A stretch of DNA of 64,000 bases. Source: Squalus acanthias. Lineage: Eukaryota. Shown in pieces: positions 51,963-62,562 of this stretch (position 1 is its first letter; each line of letters starts with the position of its first letter). The notes beneath the pieces were generated by a model. It did no database searches. It was not told where the DNA came from and saw only the letters and a program-made list of their open reading frames with translations. Location of the stretch: positions 126,420,001-126,484,000 of the forward strand of contig CM059432.1 in NCBI GenBank assembly GCA_030390025.1, given 5' to 3'. Both the position numbers and the translations under genes were made by a program.

Positions 51963-52453
51963 AATAGCAAAATACTGCGGATGCTGGAAAAACTCAGCAG
52001 GCCAGGCAGCATCCGTGGAGAGAGAAACCTTTTCAGATCGAAGACCTTTCGTCAGAACTGGAAAAAAAGCAGGAAATGGAATAGATTTTAAGGCAGGTTT
52101 AGGGGCTGGGAAATGGGGGAGGGGATGAAAGAACAAAAGGGAAGGTCAGTGATAGGATAGAAAGCAGGAGAGATTAAGAGACATTGAGAGACATTAAGAG
52201 ATATTCAAGGCAAGAGGAGGTGGTAATGTGACAGGTTAAGGAACAAAGGATGGCTCTAGATGAAGTGTGAATTGCGCTGGCAGAATGAAGGACAGCTGCC
52301 ATGTGGGAGGGAAGAAAAAAAGGCCAAACAAAAAGTGTGGATAAAAAAGTGATAGGGGCCGAGTTTATGATCTGAAATTGTTGAACTCTATGTTGAGTCC
52401 AGAGGGCTGTAGAGTGCCTAATCGAAAGATGATGTGCTGTTCCTCGAGCTGTA
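51963..52453 (-). mobile_element. Penelope-like 3' fragment/pLTR, family A, 15-bp TSD, decayed hammerhead (52025-52059)
   Basis: LEEQHIIFRLGTLQPSGLNIEFNNFRS; GGCTGAATGGCCTAC at 51948-51962 and 52454-52468. Confidence 0.92.
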
Positions 52454-53445
52454 GGCTGAATGGCCTACTCCTGTTCCTAATGCTCCTAGATGTCAGGAGC
52501 CTTGAGTTTTGCTCCTTTCCTGGCGTTTGCTTTCTACCGCTGGGGATTTCAGCCTGATAATGTTCAAGCCTCCACAGTTGTACAACCTCATGGTTGGCCA
52601 TCCCCTGCAGGAAGTTCTTTGCGGGCTCAGATGTTACCAGTAATTTATTTAACCTCTTTCTAACACATGCTGCTAATGTTTATTCTTTCACACGCAAGGC
52701 ACTTCTGTTTACTTATTTAATTTGTTCCAACCACTATCCTGATTTAAACTGGAAACGGGGATCAGCGTCCAACAACTGTAACTCACTTGAAGTTTGAAAG
52801 AAGCAACAAACACTTTGCTTGCTTATTTTTCAAACCCCAACTTCATTAAGAATTATTTTTCGTCTTTCCACAGAGCATCTAATACCGAAATCTACAGCCT
52901 GAATAAATGAATCACGTAAACAATCACAAAAGGTTTCTAAGGATGCAAAAGATGAGAGGGGTTAGGCATTTTTATTTTTTTAAATGTCATGCTCGTTCTA
53001 TTGTGTTGAAGGCTCACTGATATACATCTCTAAATTCCTACTCATCTATGGAAAAAAAGCCTGCAGCATTTCTATCAAAAAAGGTTGCGACTATTTTGCA
53101 GGTTAGACTTGTATTCTGAGATACTTATGGGAACAAGGTTCCAGAGCAGCCAAACACAAAACTTTGAATTCATGCGCTAAAATGGCATAAACACATTGGG
53201 CTGAAAAGACTGCTGGTGATCAGAGCAACTTAATATGTTCATATGACATTCCTCTGTCTCTATTTTAACACCCGTGTTAAAACAGCAGACAGAGGAATGT
53301 CATACAAATGCATGCACTATCAACAGTCATTTCCAGGTTATTATGTTGTAAACCACCACATGCATGGTTTATTTAGCTCGCAAAACCAAAGTATCGTAGC
53401 ACAATGTGACCTCAGATATCCAAATTAGCCCAACATAGTTTGAAC

Positions 53446-53681
53446 AGAAGAACATTAGAAATAGGAGCAGGAGTAGGCCATTTGGCCCTTCAAGCCTGCT
53501 CCACCATTCAATAAGATCTTGGCTGATCTTCTACCTCAACTCCACTTTCTTGAACTATCCCCATATCCCTTGATTCCCTTAATATCCAAAAATCTATCGA
53601 TCTCTGCCTTGAATATACTCAACGACTGAGCCTCCACAGCCCTCTGGGGTAGAGGATTCCAAAGATTCACCACCCTCTGAG
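53446..53681 (-). mobile_element. CR1 LINE 3' end
   Basis: Reverse complement of the CR1 tail and QRVVNLW region. Confidence 0.9.
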
Positions 53682-54899
53682 TTTGCTTCCAGGCAAATCA
53701 CACAAATGTGAACTGCGATATTTATTTTGAAGTCAATTTAATGAAACACTCGACCTCAAGAATCTTTTCAAACCAGATATTAATCCAGTTTGCTTCCTAC
53801 CGGTTTCAGTTTATTTTCTGGTGTGATGATGTGGCCATGGTAACTAAATTGTAAAATCAGCAGACAGAACTCTTATGGAGCAAAAGGATTTCATCCAAAC
53901 AACACAAACTGCCAAAATATCACTCACTATTCATCTCCTCTCCAGAACTACAAGCTGCTATTGAAATAGTACCAACTGGGGCTGATTTTCCTGGAATCCC
54001 CCCCCCCCACTCCCAGACTGATGCTGGACAGGTGCAGTGTTCCCAAATTTGGTGAGCCAACTATTAATGTGTCTTCTCCCTGACAGAGCCTTGTGCCTGG
54101 AAGCAGAGAAGGAAACCGGAGCGCAATGGCAGGCCGACAAGACCTGCAGCTACAGGCCTGGGCCGCCAGCCGAGGGCCTTCTCGCTGCTGTTGGTGAACA
54201 GGGAAGAATGACAGAAAGAAGACGACAGAAACAATTAGAGTGGGAAAGAACTAGTTATATCTTCCCGAAAGACAAAAAGTGCTTTTGGTTTAACATCTCA
54301 TCCAAAAGACAATGCAGAACCGCTTCCATATCGCACTGAGGTGTCGGCCTAGATAAGTGGCGAGCAAAATGGATTCAATCCAGCCCACCAAGGCCTGGCT
54401 TCAAGGCCAAACGTCCGCCACACCTGACCCCTAGCCTGACCCCACCCTACGCAATGTCAGGAGGGGGGTCATTGTCTCCGAGGCAGCAGGGGAATCATAA
54501 CCAAAAACAGAGGCGGGCAAATCCGATCTGCCGTTTGCTGCATCAATGTGTCATTATCACACTGAAACCTCAGTTTCTGCTCCATCACTGCAACGTGAAA
54601 GGTCAGTTACACTCAGTTTGTGGGTTCAGTTTCCATAAATCTGTGCAAACTTTCCAGATAAGTGCACGATAACATAAATACTTTAAATATATAAAATAAC
54701 GCCATTGGCAGCATGTCTCGGAATGGACACAATCCAATCGATTGGAAGATTTATTACTTAGAACTTTTTTATAAACTTGCAGCGAGTTTTTAGTCTCCGC
54801 TCGTCTCTGAAGGAATTTTAGCGACTAATTCAAAATTAGTCCTGGGCTTGATTTCATTCCAGTGAGTTTTAAAATGCTATTTATGTTTATGCAATTGGG

Positions 54900-55156
54900 T
54901 GAAAGGTGTTGTCTGAATTCCGCGAGGGTGCTGCCAGTCTCCCGGTGTAACTCTGGCGCAGACCCAGTCACATCGGGTCCCTGCCGTTTCTGGGAGTTTC
55001 CTCAATAAAGAGCGGGGGAGCTTCTAGCCCAGTGGTGGGCAAAGTATGACCCGCGGCTGTATCCGGCCTGCCAGTTCATTCTATCTGACTCGCTGGACGG
55101 GGCAGAAATAGAACGCGAGCCGGAGCTCGAGCTGCACATTAGTCGGAGTCGAGTCA
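54900..55156 (+). promoter_or_regulatory. CpG-rich promoter/5' UTR-like region upstream of the TPP2-like exon
   Basis: Local GC/CpG enrichment in non-repeat sequence directly before the ATG. Confidence 0.5.
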
Positions 55157-55300
55157 TGGCTGCTCATCTCGATGACTCTTTTACCGAAGAAAGAGACCAA
55201 CGTTGCGTCTTTCCTCTCCCGGCAGCCAGAGTACGATGGCAGGGGGGTTCTCATCGCCGTCTTAGACACGGGAGTGGATCCCAGAACACAAGGTCTCCAG
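55157..55300 (+). pseudogene. TPP2: Decayed exon 1 of tripeptidyl-peptidase II
   Basis: [41 protein letters not shown] versus human [41 protein letters not shown]; the ATG at 55157 (MAAHLDDSF) is out of frame, PFHG is missing, and similarity ends at CAG|GC. Confidence 0.85.
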
Positions 55301-55924
55301 GCACACGATTGTAGTTCAGGCCTTGCGAAGCCTCGGGCTCCCGTACTCAGCACACCTCTCATTGTCGGAGACCCCACAGACTCAAGCCACTCTGCCAAAC
55401 AGTCACGTAGACTTTCAGTACAACATATAATCAATCGATCATTTCATTCATTTAGCAACGGAAGATTTGACTATTTTACACTACGTAGTGTGTATTTAAG
55501 ATAGTATCAGACTACTATTTGAATTTATGTTTACAAATTATTGGGAGGGTAGAAGTGGGAGTTATGATTAACACTGTGAGTTGGCCTGTTTCAAATTTAA
55601 CACTTTGCTCTCACCAACGTGCGCAATCCTTTTAACTTTGCTGCGCAGTATCTCTTCCAGCGGCAGGAGCTGGGGAGCGGCCTGCGCGGGACCTCGCCAT
55701 TGGTGCAGGACCGTGTGGCCACGCACCTTAGGGGGAAAATTGGTGTGCAGCCTTCAACAGCTCACCAAAACTTGTTAAGTGGCCCTCCAGCCCAAATAAT
55801 TGCCCACCCTTGGCCGAGATTGTGCGCTCAAATCCTAGAGTGGGACCTGAAACCATGACCGTCTAACTCAGGCAAAAGTACTACAACTGAATCAGATGGA
55901 CTCTAGATAATGATTTAGAGCAAG

Positions 55925-56100
55925 AGCCCAGGCTGATTTTGAATCCTCTTTAACCCAGAGAAGATCAGGCCAATTACACTAATCCAACTGTTACCCCAGC
56001 TGAGATTAGCAAACCCACCACAGATTAGGAATCAAAGCTCTTAGCTTCTGGTCTGTACAGCCTAGTGCTGCACCAGCCAATGCCTTTATCGACTGGGCCT
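55925..56100 (-). mobile_element. LF-SINE-like relic (5' half)
   Basis: Reverse strand GTACAGACCAG..GCTAATCTCAGCTGGGG..AATTGGCCT..AAAATCAGCCTGGG. Confidence 0.6.
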
Positions 56101-56985
56101 TCACCGCTTATATTAAAATATCACACAAATCTACATGAAGTATCCTCTTTATAAATAGGAACCCCCTCAAATTTAACACCTGCAGTTAAAGCAGAAACTG
56201 CGCCTGAACAAATTTCTAGCTTGTAAACTAAAAATGAAAAATAAAAGCAAGTCTATTATATCATGATAGCAGCAAAGGACTGCACAGTTTTAACATAAAG
56301 AAACTTTCTAATGGATTCCTGCATACAGAAGGTTTTCCATAAAGATACATCTATGACAGTAGGGAAAGCTGAAATTCCAGACGACAGCATCCCTCTAACA
56401 GCTGCTCCGATAATAATTGAAGCAAATCCTAACAATATCTCCAAAGGTAAGCCAATTAACTCCGCAGCAGACAAGATCTACATATATTAGCAGACAAAGC
56501 CTTTCTATAGAATTAATTCCTAAATCTGATTGAACAAAATGCTTTTTTCCCCTCTGATGGCCTGCAGTGATGTCCTGCTTCTTCACATACACTGCCCCCA
56601 AACAAAGCTCTCAACGTTTCTGGAACCAGGTAAAACTGGTTTCAGTAGGGATGACAGGTGTAAAGGTTGCCTTAATTTGGAAAAGAGGAACCCTATGAGA
56701 GAGAGCATTAACCATTCCGTCACATTCCTCACTGTTGTTTTGGCAGCAGTTCAATTCAGTGCCTCTGTGACCTTAAAGCATCACCACTGACATTCTTACT
56801 GTATGGATTTCCCTGAAAGAGAAAACTTGCCCCAGCCTATTTTTCTTGCTTTCTCTGCCATGATAAATTGAGTCACTTAACCCTAGCAATCACAGTTGGC
56901 ATAAAGCATTATACTAACAGCAATTCAACTTTGCTGACCAGTAACGTCAGGAGCCCATCATTTTGCCCCATTACCCCCCACTGTA

Positions 56986-58552
56986 CATGTGATCTCAAGA
57001 AACGGCTGAGCGCGCTGGATACAGCAAAGGCTGTGGGCCCCGACAACATCCCAGCTGTCGTGCTGAAGATTTGTGCTCCAGAACTAGCTGCGCCTCTAGC
57101 CAAGGTGTTCCAGTATAGTTGCAACGCTAGCATCTACCCAACAATGTGGAAAATTGCCCAGGTATGTCCTGTCCACAAAAAGCAGGACAAATCCAACCTG
57201 GCCAATTACCGCCCCATCAGCCTACTCTCAATCATCAGCAAAATGATGGAAGGTGTCGTCGACAGTGCTATCAAGCAGCACTTACTCACCAATAACCTGC
57301 GTACTGATGCTCAGTTTGGGTTCCGCCAGGACCACTCGGCTCCAGACCTCATTACAGCCTTGATCCAAACATGGACAAAAGAGCTGAATTCCAGAGGTGA
57401 GGTGAGAGTGACAGGGCTTGACACCAAGGCAGTATTTGACCGAGTGTGGCATCAAGGAGCCCTAGTAAAATTGAAGTCAATGGGAATCAGGGGGGAAAAC
57501 TCTCCTCTGGCTGGAGTCATACCTAGCACAAAGGAAGATAGTTGTGGTTGTTGGAGGCCCATCATTTCAGCCCCAGGACATCTCTGCAGGAGTTCCTCAG
57601 GGCAGTGTCCTAGGCCCAATCATCTTCAGCTGCTTCATCAATGACTCTCCCTCCATGATAAGGTCAGAAGTGGGGATGTTCGCTGATAATTGCATAGTAT
57701 TCAATTCCATTCGCAACTCCTCAGATAATGAAGCAGTCCATGCCCACATGCAGCAAGACCTGGACAACACTCAGGCTTGGCTGATAGGTGGTAAGTAACA
57801 TTCGCGCCACACAAGTGCCAGGCAATGATCTCCAACAAGAGAGAGTTTAACCACCTCCCCCTGACATTCAATGGCATTACCATTGCCGAATCCCCCACCA
57901 TCAACATCCTGGGGGTCACCATTGGCCAGCCACATAAATACTGTGGCTACAAGAGCAGGTCAAGAGGCTGGGTATTCTGCAGCAAGTGACTCACCTCCTG
58001 ACTCCCCAATGCCTTTCCACCATCTACAAGGCACAGGAGTGTGATGGAATATTCTCCACTTGCCTGGATGAGTGCAGCTCCAATAACACTCAAGAAATTT
58101 GACACCATTCTGAACAAAGCAGCCTGCTTTCGTTCCCCATTCACCACCTTAAACATTCACTCCCTCCACCACCGGCACACCGTGGCTACAGTGCGTGCCA
58201 TCTACAAGATGCACTGCAGCAACTCGCCAAGGCTTCTTCGACAGCACCTCCCGAACCCACGACCTTTACCACCTAGAAGGATAAGAGCAGCAGGCGCATG
58301 GGAACACCACCACCTCCAAGTTCCCCTCCATGTTACACACCATCCTGACTTGGAAGTATATTGTCGTTCCTTCATCGTCGCTGGGTCACAATCCTGGAAC
58401 TCCCTCCCAAACAGCACTGTGGGAGTACCTTCACCACATGGACTGCAGCGGTTCAAGAAGGCTGCTCACCACCACCTTCTCAAGGGCAATTAGGGATGGG
58501 CAATAAATGCTGGCCTTGCCAGCGACGACCACATCCCAGGAACAAATTTAAA
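56986..58552 (+). mobile_element. Non-LTR retrotransposon (CR1/L2-group, distinct family), RT and 3' end
   Basis: KAVGPDNIP, NYRPISLLS, QFGFRQ, FDRVWH, GVPQGSVLGP, FADN; MEYSPLAW. Confidence 0.85.
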
Positions 58553-58899
58553 AACAAAGTAGCCATAGCACTTTTGAGCTGGCACACTGTAGTGCCTAGA
58601 TTGTTTTGCAGCCAGATTATTGATGGTCAACGACAGAACCGACAAAATTCCAATCTGAACACATTGCACGTGATGTGCTAAAATCCACCCATATGAAACA
58701 GACATTATAGCGGAGGTAGGCTCTTGCATGTTAGGAATGGGAAAGGATCTTCTGCAGTTTCATAGTTTATGCAGACAGGAAACCATTACAGTTGAGGCAG
58801 CTTTCAGTGCTTTCCATCCCTTGATTTACTGGAGGAACACTAACATAAGCAGAGAACTGCTGCAGATGTCAAATGACACCAAAGGCACACTGTCCAGAC

Positions 58900-59770
58900 C
58901 GTCTGCTATGCTAATCATCTACATACCTTGGCACAGCTGCCTGGCAATGACTGAAGAGTGGTGCTGCAAGTGGTTTAATAGGGAGACAGTCACAGAGCTG
59001 CTCGAGGAAGACCAGCAGGCAACCTTGGACATAGGGACAGAACGGTCAGTGGCTGTAAAGTTGACTTGACCACGACCCAAAATTTTTATGCCTCCATCTC
59101 CATGCAAGTAGAGGGGACATTACCAGAACATTTGCCAATTTCCTGCCCATAGGTGTGAGAGCTGATTGGTGCTTTACCCAGGAGGGGCAACACCTCCATT
59201 TCCTTACCCAATAACCAGCTAGAGCAGCAATGACGGGGGCTGCCCAATTCCACCAGACTACTGGCTTTCCAAAAGTACAGGAGGTGATTGATGGTACCCA
59301 TGCAAGTGCCTGGGCACCTAGCCAAAATGCAATGGCTTGCAGAACAGAAAGGGGTTCTACCCCATCAATGTGTAGCTGGTCAGTGACCACTAGCACTATA
59401 CCATGCAGGTTAATGCCTGGTTCCCAAGCAGCAACCATGATGCTTTAATTTTGTGCCAATTATCTCAGCCAGCTATTTGAAGATAAACAGGCGATGAAGA
59501 GAGGTGACCAATGCTACCCTCTTCAACCTATGGCTAATAACACCCTCATGGCAATCACAGACAATGCTAAGCACAGATACAACAGTCTACATGCAACCAG
59601 CAGGATAATTATTGAGCACACCACTGACATATTAACCCATTGCCTCAGATACGTTAACACAAAAGGATGATTTATTGCACAGCCCCTCCTTGCACCCCCA
59701 CCTTCTAGGGTCTCCAAGATGATGATGATGATGATCATCCACTGCATGCTCTAGAACTTTGCTATTCAAA
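58900..59770 (+). pseudogene. Harbinger (HARBI1-type DDE) transposase remnant
   Basis: RETVTEL..SVAVKLT, GFPKVQEVIDGTH, HDA.IL, IIEHT and IIIHCML.N in the expected order with many disablements. Confidence 0.7.
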
Positions 59771-60252
59771 ATCAGTTACACACATTTGTGAGCCTTGGCC
59801 AAGGCCAGAAGGGGAGGGGTGGAAAGTAAATTTAGACATGAATAAAGTGAAATGAAACCCAATGTGTAAGTACAACACTGGTTCTGTGGACAAGTGAATG
59901 AATTGTACAGTAGTTGCTCCCCTGTTTCAGGGATGGCTAATGAACGTTCAACTGCATCAGGTGGGTGGGTAGAGAGTTGGTTAGTTTGGCACCAGGATAA
60001 CAGGGCACCATTCATGGTTCAAGCCCCACTTCAGAGACTTGAGCACAAAATCCAGGCCGACAGTCTAGTGCAGCACTGAAGGAGTACTGCACTGTCAGAG
60101 GTGCAGTCTTTCTAATGGGATGTTAAACCGTCTTCCCTCTCAGTAAAAGGTCTGATGGCACTTTTCAAAGAAGAACAGGGGAGTTCTCCTGGTAACCTGG
60201 CCAACATTTATCCCTCAGCCAACACCACTAAAGAGATACCAGTGCTTCCGAC

Positions 60253-60999
60253 ATGTCTTCCTTTTTCCTCAACCGAGGATTCCCCTCTACCGTGGTCGAC
60301 ACGGCCCTCGACCGTGTCCGTTCTATCTCCCGCACATCTGCCCTCACCCCTGCCCCTCCCTCCCGGAACCACGATAGGGTTCCCCTTGTCCTCACCTTTC
60401 ACCCCACCAGCCTCCACATTCAACGGATCATCCTCCGCCATTTCCGCCACCTCCAGCGTGATCCCACCACCAAACACATCTTCCCCTCACCTCCCCTTTC
60501 AGCATTCCGCAGGGACCGCTCCCTCCGCGACACCCTAGTCCACTCCTCTACCACCCCCAGCACCCCTTCCCCTTCGCCCGGCACCTTCCCGTGCACGCGC
60601 AGGAGATGCAACACATGCCCTTATACCTCCCCTCTTCCCACTGTCCAGGGCCCCAAACACCCCTTCCAGGTGAAACAGCGATTTACTTGTACTTCCTGCA
60701 ATTTAGTATACTGTATTCGCTGCTCACGATGTGGACTCCTCTACATTGGGGAGACCAAACGCAGATTGGGTGACCGCTTTGCGGAACACCTCCGTTCAGT
60801 CCGTAAGGGGGACCCCGAGCTCCCGGTGGCCTGTCACTTTAATTCACCGCTTCACTCCCACTCTGACCTCACCGTCCTCGGCCTATTACACTGTTCCACG
60901 GAAGCTCAGCGTAAGCTCGAGGAACAGCACCTCATCTTTCGTTTAGGCACGCTACAGCCCTCTGGACTCAATATCGAGTTCAACAATTTTAGATCATAA
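60253..60999 (+). CDS. PLE ORF C-terminal part: Cys-rich linker plus GIY-YIG endonuclease, uninterrupted
   Basis: C...RCNTC, FTC.S.NLVYCIRCSRCGLLYIGETKRRL.DRF.EH, PVACHF, E..LIFRLGTL.P.GLN. Confidence 0.85.
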   Translation: MSSFFLNRGFPSTVVDTALDRVRSISRTSALTPAPPSRNHDRVPLVLTFHPTSLHIQRIILRHFRHLQRDPTTKHIFPSPPLSAFRRDRSLRDTLVHSSTTPSTPSPSPGTFPCTRRRCNTCPYTSPLPTVQGPKHPFQVKQRFTCTSCNLVYCIRCSRCGLLYIGETKRRLGDRFAEHLRSVRKGDPELPVACHFNSPLHSHSDLTVLGLLHCSTEAQRKLEEQHLIFRLGTLQPSGLNIEFNNFRS

Positions 61000-61285
61000 C
61001 CTCAGCTCCAATCACATTTATATTTTATTTTATCCACCCTTTTATTTGTCCCCCCCACCTTTTTTTTCCTCCTAGAAGCTGGCAGCTGTCCTTCATTCTG
61101 CCAGTGGATTTCACACTTCATTCAGCCTTAATCTGTCACATTAACACCACCTCTAGCCTTGCATATCTCTTAATGTCTCTTAATGTCTCTTAATGTCTCT
61201 TCATCTCCTCCTTTGTTCCTTTATCCCCTCCCCCTTTTCCCAGCTTTACCCTGGCCTTAAATCTATTTGATTTCCAGCTCTTCCC

Positions 61286-61322
61286 AGTTCTGATGAAAGG
61301 TCATCGACCTGAAACGTCAACT
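61286..61322 (+). ncRNA. Minimal type I hammerhead ribozyme (family A), GUC cleavage triplet
   Basis: AGUU-CUGAUGA-A-AGGUC AUC GACCU-GAAA-CG-UC^AACU. Confidence 0.9.
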
Positions 61323-61622
61323 CTCTTTCTCTCTCTACGGATGCTGCCTGGCCTGCTGAGTTTTTCCAGCGTTTTCTGTTGTTATTCCACTAAAGAGATT
61401 ATCTGGTCATTTATCTCATTGCTGTTCATGGGCCCTTGCTGTGCACAATTGACTGCTGTGTTTCCCTACAGTACAACACCGACTACACTTCAAAAACACT
61501 TTATTGGCTGTAAAGTGTTTTAGGACGTCCTGAGGTCATGAAAGGCGCTACATAAATGCAAGTCCTTTCCTTTTCCCATTCATGGTGACAGGTGGAAAGC
61601 AGGTTCAATGCTGTGCATATTA

Positions 61623-62047
61623 CAGGAAACTTTCGTTTATCCGGCATCGACGGGACCGGCGTGGTGCCGGTTTATCGAAAGTACCGGATAACAGAGAGTT
61701 ATATCTACCGAGGCTATTTTTAACAAAGAGACTCCAAGCAGCACGGGAGAATCTACTCATGCTACTGCAATGTTTCGGACTTGCAACAGCGCCAGGAGGC
61801 CGAATAGTGGCACTTTTGAAAAGTACCCCTACTGACTAAATCGGCGTTCGCGGACTCTGACTCGGACTCGGGATCGGCAACATTGCCGGTTATTTGAGAG
61901 GATTTTTCGGAGCACTCGGCGTTCGCAGAGACTCGACTGCGACTCGGCAACATTGCCGGTTATTTGAGAGGCGTTTTCGGAGGATGATTTTTGCCGGTTA
62001 AGCGAGAATTCCGGATATTTGGGTGCCGGATAAACGAAAGTTTCCTG
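61623..62047. mobile_element. Tc1/mariner (pogo/Tigger-like) MITE, 425 bp
   Basis: Perfect 24-bp TIRs CAGGAAACTTTCGTTTATCCGGCA (61623-61646 and 62024-62047), TA on both sides. Confidence 0.92.
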
Positions 62048-62369
62048 TACCTGCAGGATCTGGGACCAGATGGAAAAGGCAGCACACAAAAGATTCTGGC
62101 AAGGAAATAGTACTCAACTATGCTATTTATCTTGTGGATAGCCCAAAGGTTGCTTGCAGCAAAGTTCTGCCCGTTCCACATGTACTCCTCAACCATGCCA
62201 AGCCCTCATGCAACCTTACAACTTGTTCTTTGCATCTCATACATACCCACGCCTCAGAATGGCACATCTTCCAGATGCATTATAGAATCGGAAACTTTGC
62301 CACACTCATATCTTGCCAGACCCTAACAGCTCAAGTAATTTTAGAACAACGTGGCTGCATTTTTTTCTT

Positions 62370-62562
62370 TTTTTATTCGTTTATGGGATGTGGGCATCAC
62401 TGGCAAGGCCAGCATTTATTGCCCATCCCTAATTGCCCTCGAGAAGGTGGTGGTGAGCCGCGTTCTTGAACCGCTGCAGTCCGTGTGGTGAAGGTACTCT
62501 CACACTGCTGTTAGGTAGGGAGTTCCAGGATTTTGACCCAGCGACGATGAAGGAACGGCGAT
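62370..62562 (-). mobile_element. 3' end of the same LINE family as 56986-58552
   Basis: Reverse complement matches 58360-58545. Confidence 0.85.

Larger units (their letters stand above)
60238..61386 (+). mobile_element. Young 5'-truncated Penelope-like element with 13-bp TSD
   Basis: CCACTAAAGAGAT at 60225-60237 and 61387-61399; open ORF, pLTR and hammerhead. Confidence 0.95.
60005..61572 (+). mobile_element. DeuSINE (SacSINE1-like) split by a Penelope insertion
   Basis: B-box-like GGTTCAAGCCC, Deu-domain GGAGTTCTC..CTGGCCAACATTTATCCCTCA..GATTATCTGGTCATT, tail GGCGCTACATAAATGCAAG. Confidence 0.8.

Noticed and set aside
52025..52059. Seventh functional hammerhead
   Set aside because: Helix III palindrome, cleavage triplet and helix I 3' strand are lost
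54037..54339. 100-aa ORF with an acceptor-like site at 54086
   Set aside because: No recognisable homology, no clear donor, and it runs into a SINE-like fragment
56328..56446. Plus-strand segment ending in a strong donor AAG|GTAAGC as TPP2 exon 2
   Set aside because: Translation does not resemble VTTDGKPKIVDIIDTTGSGDV and the acceptor is weak
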